From positions 9,593 to 73,592 of the forward strand of contig JAHFOB010000001.1 in assembly GCA_023267045.1 (NCBI GenBank): a stretch of DNA of 64,000 bases, read 5' to 3'. Shown piece after piece: positions 56,612-64,000 of this stretch (positions are counted from its first letter, which is position 1; each line of letters opens with the position of its first letter). The notes below the pieces were generated by a model. It saw only the letters and a program-made list of their open reading frames with translations. It was not told the origin of the DNA and did no database searches. A program made the position numbers and the translations under genes. The stretch comes from Candidatus Zambryskiibacteriota bacterium (GTDB lineage Bacteria > Patescibacteriota > Minisyncoccia > Phycocordibacterales > DATDWN01).

Positions 56612-58228
56612 ATGGATGAACAAACTCCTACTATTATTCCTCCCCCGATACCCCAGGAAGAACCTCAAAAAACTAAACAGCCATTATGGTTAGCGGTCTC
56701 AATTCTGGCTGCAGTTTTTGTAGTTGTCGGTAGTTATTTTATATATCAAAAACTAACGACAAAATCACAGATTCAGAATGTAAATTTTGTAAATATTGCT
56801 ACGACCACAGATCAATTTGCAAATTGGAAAACATATACCGATGAACAGTATAAATTTGAGTTTAAATATCCAGCTACACTTGAAGTTTTTAAAGATAATA
56901 CGGCGATTATTCACATTATTCATCCCGAAGATAAGGACGTAGATTTAAGTAAAACTGGGCCAGTAGATGGCATGTGGATACATGTTGTGGATAATACAGA
57001 TAAATTATCCGTCACTGATTGGTGGAATAAATACGGACCTTATACTCCAAAAAGAAATGGTACTGGACTTAAACCCGACACTTTTCCAATTAAGAATATG
57101 AGCGTGGGTAATTTAAACGGTATTTACATTGGTGGTTCAGAGGGTGTTTTATCGAATTACCTCATTTTGCCATATATGGATAAAATCCTTGAAATTAATG
57201 TAATGACTAAAGATTTCAAGGAAATTCTCTCTACTTTAAAATTACCAGAATCATTAACAAAAGATTGGCAAACCTACAGAAACGATGAGTTTAAAATTTT
57301 TGAAATAAAATATCCTGGAGGATGGGTAATTCAACAGGAAGATCCTTACCAGCTTATTTTATCAAGTGCTCCAAAAGAACAATATTTGAAAGATGTTGGT
57401 GTCGCTCCTTCTGGAAATATGTCAATAACCGTGTCAGAGGGTGTAAATTGCTCTAGTGATGATTTCAAAAGCCTTCTCGGTTTTACGAAGTCAAACATTT
57501 CAGTTAAAAGAGTTTGTGTTGATGGATTTCAGATCTCAGCAGTTATTTGGAATGATGATACGCAAATAATTTCTCATAAAGAACTACTGAATGAAATTAT
57601 TTCCACATTTAAATTTATTGAGAAAAAACGACTTAGTAAAGAAGAACTAGCAAACAGAATATTACTAACTTCAGAAAATATTCCTACTTACGCAAAATAT
57701 AATGAACCATATAAAAGCGGGAGTTTACCCTCAGCATGTACTGAAAAATTTAATTATGACGAGCCAAATAGTACAACTACTTATTCTAATACAAAATGGG
57801 GCATATCGTTTGGAGTTCCATATAATGTAAATTGGGGAAATAGTAAGTACAGAATAGATCCGTATGAAGAAATTGAGGTAAATAATAAATATAACAACGA
57901 TGTCTTATCTGCTATTTCATGGGGTTATATTAGTGGTGGTGAGGGATGTTCATGGGGAAGACAATATTTTGTTGATATTAAATCAAAAAAATCAGCGGAG
58001 GATCTTATGACATCAATGAAACCGGATAATCTTCCTTACGATATATTTCATGCTAAAATCGAGACAATAAATAACTTACAGGTTGTAAAATATAGTACTG
58101 CCGATATGTGTGCATATTACTATATAGTAGTTATTGGTAAAAAATATAATTATGAATTCACATCTTCATGTAATGGAAGTTTTGATGACGTTGAACCGGT
58201 AGTTAAAACAGTAAAACTACTTGATTAA
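56612..58228 (+). CDS. Secreted or membrane-anchored protein of unknown function (N-terminal TM/signal anchor, Pro-rich linker, ~480-aa extracytoplasmic domain)
   Basis: KQPLWLAVSILAAVFVVVGSYFIY anchor. No recognisable catalytic motif. Enclosed between the IR-B copies. Confidence 0.4.
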   Translation: MDEQTPTIIPPPIPQEEPQKTKQPLWLAVSILAAVFVVVGSYFIYQKLTTKSQIQNVNFVNIATTTDQFANWKTYTDEQYKFEFKYPATLEVFKDNTAIIHIIHPEDKDVDLSKTGPVDGMWIHVVDNTDKLSVTDWWNKYGPYTPKRNGTGLKPDTFPIKNMSVGNLNGIYIGGSEGVLSNYLILPYMDKILEINVMTKDFKEILSTLKLPESLTKDWQTYRNDEFKIFEIKYPGGWVIQQEDPYQLILSSAPKEQYLKDVGVAPSGNMSITVSEGVNCSSDDFKSLLGFTKSNISVKRVCVDGFQISAVIWNDDTQIISHKELLNEIISTFKFIEKKRLSKEELANRILLTSENIPTYAKYNEPYKSGSLPSACTEKFNYDEPNSTTTYSNTKWGISFGVPYNVNWGNSKYRIDPYEEIEVNNKYNNDVLSAISWGYISGGEGCSWGRQYFVDIKSKKSAEDLMTSMKPDNLPYDIFHAKIETINNLQVVKYSTADMCAYYYIVVIGKKYNYEFTSSCNGSFDDVEPVVKTVKLLD

Positions 58229-58272
58229 TAATTTGTTGCTTAAAAATTGGTATTTGATATAATGTCAGTAAT

Positions 58273-58755
58273 ATGGCTCGCGATGTACTAAATGCACAAC
58301 AAATAGCCGAATACTTCCTCTGGAAAGCGCAAAACGAGAAAAAGGCAATTACGAATAAGAAACTGCAGAAATTACTTTACTATGCTCAAGCATGGTCTTT
58401 GGTTTTGCGTGACAAAAAACTTTTCAGTGACAAAATTGAGGCGTGGGTACATGGGCCTGCTGTTCGTGATGTATATTTTGAATACAAAAAATTTGGCTTT
58501 GGGCCAATCACAAAAACTGTAAAGGAAAATGACTTAGAAAAAATTTCTATAGATACAAAAAAATTCCTCGATCAAGTTTGGTCTGTATATGGTAAAAAAG
58601 ATGCAGCTTATTTGGAATATCTTTCTCACTCTGAAACTCCTTGGCAAAAAGCCCGCGAAGGACTTGAACCACATATTGGGTCTGAAAATGAAATTTCTCC
58701 TAAAGACATGAAGGAATTTTACAGTTCTAAACTCACAACACAGAAACATACTTAA
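58273..58755 (+). CDS. Panacea-domain (DUF4065/SocA-like) protein, a putative antitoxin-type component
   Basis: ARDVLNAQQIAEYFLWKAQ...ITNKKLQKLLYYAQAWSLVL...AWVHGPAVRDVY matches the DUF4065/Panacea core. Three nucleotides separate it from the next ORF. Confidence 0.45.
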   Translation: MARDVLNAQQIAEYFLWKAQNEKKAITNKKLQKLLYYAQAWSLVLRDKKLFSDKIEAWVHGPAVRDVYFEYKKFGFGPITKTVKENDLEKISIDTKKFLDQVWSVYGKKDAAYLEYLSHSETPWQKAREGLEPHIGSENEISPKDMKEFYSSKLTTQKHT

Positions 58756-58758
58756 ACT

Positions 58759-59187
58759 ATGACAATACCATCACCGGACGAGAAACTTCCAGAAAGTCCA
58801 ATACCATTGACCGCTGTTGAAATTCCACAACCTGAAGAACCGCCAGAAGCGAAACCTTTTCTGATATCTTTCGAAAAGTATAACGATAAGGAGTGCCAGC
58901 TAGACGGAATGGAGAGCAAAATGGCTAAAAAAGCTTTTAAAACTATTCGTGATATTGGTGTAAATATAAGAGACGAAAGCGATTTTGGTAAATATTTACC
59001 AAAATTAGAAGTTGTCCCTATAGAAAATAGTGGAGATTACAGAAAATTATACAAAGGACTAACAGATATGCCAGATGTTGAAGTGAAAGAAGCAAAAATT
59101 GATCGTCATACAGGTCGATTATTCTTTTTCTTGGTAGGTAAAATTTTTCATATTATCGCGGTAAGAGAAAGTCATTACCAAACATAA
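58759..59187 (+). CDS. Hypothetical protein with a RelE/ParE/Gp49-like C-terminal region; putative toxin partner
   Basis: C-terminal KIDRHTGRLFFFLVGKIFHIIAVRESHY resembles the RelE/ParE-superfamily C-terminal strand-helix. The Pro-rich N-terminal extension is unusual. Tightly coupled to the upstream Panacea gene. Confidence 0.25.
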   Translation: MTIPSPDEKLPESPIPLTAVEIPQPEEPPEAKPFLISFEKYNDKECQLDGMESKMAKKAFKTIRDIGVNIRDESDFGKYLPKLEVVPIENSGDYRKLYKGLTDMPDVEVKEAKIDRHTGRLFFFLVGKIFHIIAVRESHYQT

Positions 59188-59354
59188 AAAGCACAGCAGT
59201 TTACTTGTAGCCTCGGACATATTCCGTTTTGGGCGTCGTCACATAACTACAAAATGATACATTACCACTAGCGCAAAGGAATGTCTGAGGCGAATGATTA
59301 TGTTAGAGTAAAGATATAGGTAGGTAGTACAGTAGTTTGAATTCCGTCAGTTTC

Positions 59355-59598
59355 TCCCTTTAAGGAGAAACCCGCCCGAGAACCAATCGCCCATTCCGAA
59401 AAAAGAAATCCCGCGCAAAACAGATTTAGGATTGGAAGCGATGGGTGCGAGGGCGGACACGGTAAGGCAGAAGCGGAAGAACACGCTTTCCAGCGTGTTC
59501 TGGAGCGGATGCCGAGCCGTGACGGAATTCATTGTCAGATTCACCACTTAAACAGTTTTAATGAAATAAGTTCGAGCGAAGTCGTAAAGACACACCAT
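59355..59598. repeat. Inverted repeat IR-B' (right copy)
   Basis: Reverse complement of 56335-56575. The match breaks at TTCTCGGGC on both sides. Confidence 0.75.
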
Positions 59599-59663
59599 AA
59601 TCAAAAACCATCCTGAGTTTATCGAAGGATGGTTTTTTGATTGCGGTGCCAAATATGGAAGTT

Positions 59664-60140
59664 CTACCCCTTAACCTTTAGTCTTGTTTGTCTATTTTTA
59701 TCTATCTTTGGTAGACGTATTATAAGCAGTCCATGTTTTTCCACAGCATCTGCTTCATCCACTTGGACTTCGGCTGGGAGCATAATAGTTCTTGAAAATG
59801 AACCCCAGTAGAGTTCCTGGTGAAAATAGTCCTCATCTTTTACAAATCTTTCCGTCTCTCGCTTGCCTTTTATCGTAACAACATCACGAGTAATAGAAAT
59901 ATCCAAATCTTCTGGTTTTACACCAGCAACCATGCTTTTTATGACAATCTCCGAAGGTGTTTGATAGACGTCAACCGTCAATTCTCCTTCCGAAGCTTCT
60001 TCGTCAAACCAAGCTTCACCAGAAGGTGAAGTTTTGTCTTTACTAGGTAGTTTACTTACCGTAGGAGTCTCTTCTGTGTCATTTTCATCAACTCTGCTAC
60101 TACCAGTTAGCTTCTCAAAGAACGATCGGTTATCTTTCAT
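59664..60140 (-). CDS. Hsp20/alpha-crystallin family small heat-shock protein
   Basis: Alpha-crystallin domain (DVYQTPSEIVIKSMVAGVKPEDLDISITRDVVTIKGKRE...LPAEV...A..E.GLLIIRLPK). Confidence 0.8.
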   Translation of the reverse strand: MKDNRSFFEKLTGSSRVDENDTEETPTVSKLPSKDKTSPSGEAWFDEEASEGELTVDVYQTPSEIVIKSMVAGVKPEDLDISITRDVVTIKGKRETERFVKDEDYFHQELYWGSFSRTIMLPAEVQVDEADAVEKHGLLIIRLPKIDKNRQTRLKVKG

Positions 60141-60154
60141 TTTTATTTTATTTA

Positions 60155-60895
60155 TTAAATTATTTTTCTAGGTTCTGTATATTTGCTATTATCTTTGATA
60201 TGCTTTACTTTCTCAAAGAGTAACAATAGTATCACTATGCTTACCCAGACCATTCCGAATACAAAGAAAATATTTCCAGACGATTGCCTAATTATAAATA
60301 AATTGAACGTAGTATGCAACACCACTGCCATCAAAATACCGAATAAAGTGTAGAAAACTCGAGTTTTTCGATTTTTATAGTAGGACAGAGCCATACATAT
60401 ACCTATTGTGGCCGATGACATTGTGTGCAGTAGACTTGCACCGATAAATCGCAGATTGCCGTGTATTATAGTGTTAATAATCTCACCATTTTTTATTGGG
60501 TCTATTAAAAAAAGAGTGTTTTCAAATGTTACAAAACCTAGGGCTGACACAATAAGGTAGATTATGTCGTCTACGGGCTCATCTGCCAGAGCTTTGTTCC
60601 GCAAAGCTATGAACCATACAAAACCAAACTTAGCCAGCTCTTCTATCATTGCCCATAAAGTAAATGCTAGAGTTTCGTGGTCGTTTATATTATTGAAATA
60701 GTAGTAGATTTTTTCTTGAAGAGGCAAAGAAAACATAACAGCTACCATTCCGCCTAGAAATGCCAGCGTTATCATTTTTGATGGTTCATGGTGTCTATCT
60801 TCTTTGAGCCAAAACCAAAGCCAAATGAGCGCTGGGACTAGTCCAAGAATGAAAGCCAGTATAAACGGATATTCTTTTATAAAATCAAGGAACAT
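60155..60895 (-). CDS. PrsW-family (or related) intramembrane metalloprotease-like protein
   Basis: Six to seven TM helices, an EELAKF (EExxK-like) motif, and conserved His in later helices (HGNLRFIGASLLH). Confidence 0.4.
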   Translation of the reverse strand: MFLDFIKEYPFILAFILGLVPALIWLWFWLKEDRHHEPSKMITLAFLGGMVAVMFSLPLQEKIYYYFNNINDHETLAFTLWAMIEELAKFGFVWFIALRNKALADEPVDDIIYLIVSALGFVTFENTLFLIDPIKNGEIINTIIHGNLRFIGASLLHTMSSATIGICMALSYYKNRKTRVFYTLFGILMAVVLHTTFNLFIIRQSSGNIFFVFGMVWVSIVILLLLFEKVKHIKDNSKYTEPRKII

Positions 60896-60900
60896 ATTTT

Positions 60901-63033
60901 TTACTTAGGCCACATCGATATCATAAGCATCTCTTTTTCTTTGCCAGGAAGGTTTTGCCAGATTTCTTCTGTTATAAAAGGCATGAACGGGTGTAGTATC
61001 GTAAGGCAAGTTTCCAGAATATGAGTCAATGTATATTGTATCGATGAAACCACTTCAGGATCTTCACTTTTTAATTTTTCTTTTGATTGTTCTATTATTT
61101 TATCAGCAAATGTGTGCCAAACATAGTGATAAAGTTTTTCTGTAGCTAGATAAAATCTAAAGTTGTCCATATCACTTGTAACATCTTGAACTAAAAGATT
61201 TAGTTCATCGAGCGTAGTTTGGTCACTACTTTCGATTTTTCCGGGTCTTTTAGCATCCCAGTTTTCGGTATTTGATAATACAAATCTAGTTATGTTCCAA
61301 ATCTTATTAGCGAAAAGTTTATAAGCCTTAACTTTGCTTTCTTGCAGTGCTAGATCTGTTCCTGGCGTATTTCCGACAATGAGAGCCATTCGCAAAGCAT
61401 CTGTTCCGTATTTTGAAGTCAGATCGAGTGGATTTACGACATTACCTTTTGACTTACTCATTTTTTTACCTTTGGCGTCGTTTACAAGTCCATGAAGATA
61501 GACAGTATTGAAAGGTACTTTGCCAGAAAGATAGAGACCAAAAATGACCATACGTGGGACCCATTTGAAAATCAAGTCATGTCCAGTTTCCATAACGTCT
61601 GTCGGATAATACTTTTCAAAATCTTTTCCATCTGGGTAGCCGGTGACAAATAGTGGCCATTGCCCAGACGAGAACCATGTATCAAATGTGTCAGAGTCTT
61701 TTATCCAACCGTCACCTTCCGGTTTTTCTTTGCTTGCTGTAGCTTCATTTTCTTTGAGCCATGCTGGTATAGGTATACCCCAAACTATCTGACGAGAAAT
61801 ATTCCAATCTATTGTATTGTTCATCCAATATCTAAAGATTTTTTCGTAGTTATCAGGTATAAATTTCACTTCCCCTCTATCAACTGATTCCAGAGCTTTT
61901 TTTGCCAGAGGTTCCATTTTAACAAACCATTGATCTTTTATTTGAGGTTCGATTATTGTATTGCATTTGTAGCATCTTTTAACAACATTTTTATATTTGT
62001 CATCTATTTTTACAAGCAGTCCTTTTTCTTTCAATTTATCAACTATTTTTGGCCGAGCTTCTTTTATATTTATTCCAGCAAATTCTCCCGCAACAGGCAA
62101 AAGTTTCCCACGCCAGTCGATTATTTGTTCAACATCCAAGTTATATTTTTGAGCTAGCTCAAAATCCACCTGCGAATGCCATGGTGTGATAGTCATAACT
62201 CCCGTTCCAAACTCCATATCAACGACTGGGTCTTTTATGACAGTTGCTTCGATCGGGCCATTTATCCATTCGACCATCATTTTCTGTCCATGTTTATATT
62301 CGGAATATCTTTTGTCGTCTGGATGCATTACCACATATTTATCAGCAAATTTTGTTTCTGGCCTAACAGTTCCTATTTCAAATGGCCCGTATTTGAAATA
62401 ATAAAAAGGATTTATCTCTTCAACAGATTCAGTTTCAACTTCAGATAGGGAAGTCTGATGTTTTGAACACCAGTTCACAGTTCGTTTGCCTCTGTAAACT
62501 AAACCATCGTTATACATTTTTATAAACGTATCTTGAGTTTTTTTTACAATGTCTGGATCAAGTGTAAATTTTTCACGCGACCAATCACATGAAGCCCCAA
62601 GAGATCTGACTTGAGTCTCCATATTCTTTTTATTCTCTAAAGTAAAATCTAGAATTTCTTTGTATAAATCTTTTGGATCCATGCCAAATCTAGATCTCCC
62701 TTCTTTCTCAAGTTTCTTTTCATAAACAACTTGTGTTTCAAATCCAGCATGGTCTGCACCAGGAATCCAAAGACTTCTAAATCCCTGCATTCTTTTGAAA
62801 CGAGTCAGTATGTCTTCAATAGTTATAAACAAAGCATGTCCAGCATGGAGGTTGCCGTTTGCATTAGGTGGGGGCATAACTATTGTAAACGGTTCAGCTT
62901 TTGAGTTAGTGTTGTTGTCTGGACTAAAAAATCCACTGTTTTCCCACATACTGTAGATCCGATTTTCCGTATTTTCTGGTTTGTATGGGGATAAGAATAT
63001 TTCTTTCATCCCGTTAGAGTTTTTCATAATCAA
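60901..63033 (-). CDS. valS: Valyl-tRNA synthetase (compact form lacking the long C-terminal coiled-coil)
   Basis: PFTIVMPPPNANGNLHAGHA (HIGH region, with the ValRS-type PPPN context) and KMSKSKGN. The track start at 63033 includes MIMKNSNG encoded by the 99-bp element. MKEIFL at 63009 is the ATG contiguous with the gene body. Confidence 0.8.
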   Translation of the reverse strand: MIMKNSNGMKEIFLSPYKPENTENRIYSMWENSGFFSPDNNTNSKAEPFTIVMPPPNANGNLHAGHALFITIEDILTRFKRMQGFRSLWIPGADHAGFETQVVYEKKLEKEGRSRFGMDPKDLYKEILDFTLENKKNMETQVRSLGASCDWSREKFTLDPDIVKKTQDTFIKMYNDGLVYRGKRTVNWCSKHQTSLSEVETESVEEINPFYYFKYGPFEIGTVRPETKFADKYVVMHPDDKRYSEYKHGQKMMVEWINGPIEATVIKDPVVDMEFGTGVMTITPWHSQVDFELAQKYNLDVEQIIDWRGKLLPVAGEFAGINIKEARPKIVDKLKEKGLLVKIDDKYKNVVKRCYKCNTIIEPQIKDQWFVKMEPLAKKALESVDRGEVKFIPDNYEKIFRYWMNNTIDWNISRQIVWGIPIPAWLKENEATASKEKPEGDGWIKDSDTFDTWFSSGQWPLFVTGYPDGKDFEKYYPTDVMETGHDLIFKWVPRMVIFGLYLSGKVPFNTVYLHGLVNDAKGKKMSKSKGNVVNPLDLTSKYGTDALRMALIVGNTPGTDLALQESKVKAYKLFANKIWNITRFVLSNTENWDAKRPGKIESSDQTTLDELNLLVQDVTSDMDNFRFYLATEKLYHYVWHTFADKIIEQSKEKLKSEDPEVVSSIQYTLTHILETCLTILHPFMPFITEEIWQNLPGKEKEMLMISMWPK

Positions 63034-63107
63034 TTTTTAATTTTAGTCTATATTTTGCGCGATAGATAATACATATCCACATTCGTTATAAGTAAAACTC
63101 TAACGGG
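63009..63107 (-). mobile_element. 99-bp inverted-repeat element, copy 3, immediately upstream of valS, flanked by ATGAA direct repeats (minus-strand sense)
   Basis: Plus-strand arms TCCCGTTAGAGTTTTTC (63009-63025) and GTAAAACTCTAACGGG (63092-63107). TTCAT lies at 63004-63008 and again at 63108-63112. Same length as the other two copies. Confidence 0.55.
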
Positions 63108-63399
63108 ATTCATGTAATAAGATTAACATATAGACGTCGTAGTTAGTAGGTTTTGTTAAAAAAGACTATTTTCATATAAAGGACATAGCATATCGACTCT
63201 AAATCTAATGTCCTTTATAAGTCTTTTCTAAAATAAGTCGCAAAATAATGTCTTAATAGAATCTAAAGGACATCAATTTTGGCATAAAAGACAAATATTA
63301 AAATACAGCTCAGATTAGCCATATAATAAAAATCACTAAAATTTTCTAGCTATTGACGACATCGCAAAGCAAGTGTATCCTTTACGAACTAAAGTTTTT

Positions 63400-64000
63400 A
63401 TGATGAATTTTCTACGAATACAGAACAATAATTCTCTAGGCAAAAAAGGATTATTCTCTTTTATTGTTTTGACTCTACTTTTATCTACTTTTGGCGTTTT
63501 TCAAACGGCAAGAGCTACTACTGTTTCTACTTGCTTTAACCCAGACACACTAGGTAATAGTTCTAACCTAACTATTGGTCAGAGTTGGGATGATGGAGAT
63601 ATAGTAAATCTTCAAGATATACTAAACAGTCTCGGTTTTTCTATCGATACTGTAAACAATCAAACTCATTATCAAACATGGATTCCGACTACAAACAGTA
63701 CAACAATAAAAGTTAAAGCTCTTTCACACAATAGTGATTGGAAAGAAGTTTTTGGATATTTTCAAAATGGAACTTTTCACCCAATATATAAAACTACAGA
63801 TGGGACAATCGGATTTGAATCAACTCCACTTCTTAGTTCTGGAGGTCAGATTGATGTAACTATTTCTGGAACAGATATTGTTACTTTTGCAATGTATGTT
63901 TCCGACATTGATACTTTCAGATATACTCAAAATTCACTTAACAACCCAAATAGCGAATATTTTTCTGTTGTTTACAATGCAAATAATAGTAATGAAAGTT
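63400..64000 (+). CDS. Secreted protein of unknown function (5' partial within the window)
   Basis: ATG at 63400, with signal peptide MMNFLRIQNNNSLGKKGLFSFIVLTLLLSTFGVFQTARA, then a Thr/Asn/Ser-rich domain. Open to the window end. Confidence 0.4.
   Translation, partial: MMNFLRIQNNNSLGKKGLFSFIVLTLLLSTFGVFQTARATTVSTCFNPDTLGNSSNLTIGQSWDDGDIVNLQDILNSLGFSIDTVNNQTHYQTWIPTTNSTTIKVKALSHNSDWKEVFGYFQNGTFHPIYKTTDGTIGFESTPLLSSGGQIDVTISGTDIVTFAMYVSDIDTFRYTQNSLNNPNSEYFSVVYNANNSNES

Noticed and set aside
63009-63108. T-box leader upstream of valS
   Set aside because: The 100-bp segment is far too short for a T-box, lacks a specifier-loop or T-box consensus, and the same segment precedes two glycosyltransferase genes. 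It is better explained as the TIR-bounded element.

Overview
This is a low-GC (~33%), gene-dense bacterial window. Most genes lack Shine-Dalgarno sequences, and a very large glycosylation locus is present, which is consistent with a CPR/Patescibacteria-like genome; that identification is inference only.

The first ~42 kb is an uninterrupted surface-glycan/protein-glycosylation cluster. It contains GT4 and GT2 glycosyltransferases, several polytopic GT-C/GT39-like membrane transferases, a GtrA-like protein, and a DprE1/DprE2-like epimerase pair (homologs of the decaprenylphospho-arabinose route). It also contains methyltransferases, an AsnB-like amidotransferase, a NodB deacetylase, a Wzx-like flippase, rfbC/rfbD plus a sugar C-methyltransferase, and an O-antigen-ligase/TPR protein.

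Downstream come secA, a CsoR-CopA copper module with a clear CsoR operator, a DsbA/DsbB-like pair, a MYG1-like protein, an FtsB-like protein and a glutaredoxin. A mobile-DNA hotspot follows: tRNA-Arg(CCT), a structured GC-rich non-coding segment, an HNH endonuclease, tRNA-Phe(GAA), and a large serine recombinase bracketed by ~135-bp inverted repeats. Next to it, a second ~240-bp inverted-repeat pair encloses a secreted protein and a Panacea-domain/RelE-like putative toxin-antitoxin pair. The window ends with Hsp20, a PrsW-like protease and valS.

The most unusual signal is a 99-bp element bounded by terminal inverted repeats (TCCCGTTAGAGTTTTAC...GTAAAACTCTAACGGG). It is inserted exactly at start codons of three genes with 5-bp ATGAA/ATGTA target duplications, and a 13-bp footprint sits at a fourth start codon. 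Each copy carries a -10-like box facing the gene.

Other oddities: an in-frame 47-codon extension after the secA TAG stop that contains a second SecA-type zinc-finger tail, and two GC-rich, SD-bearing single genes that look horizontally acquired.
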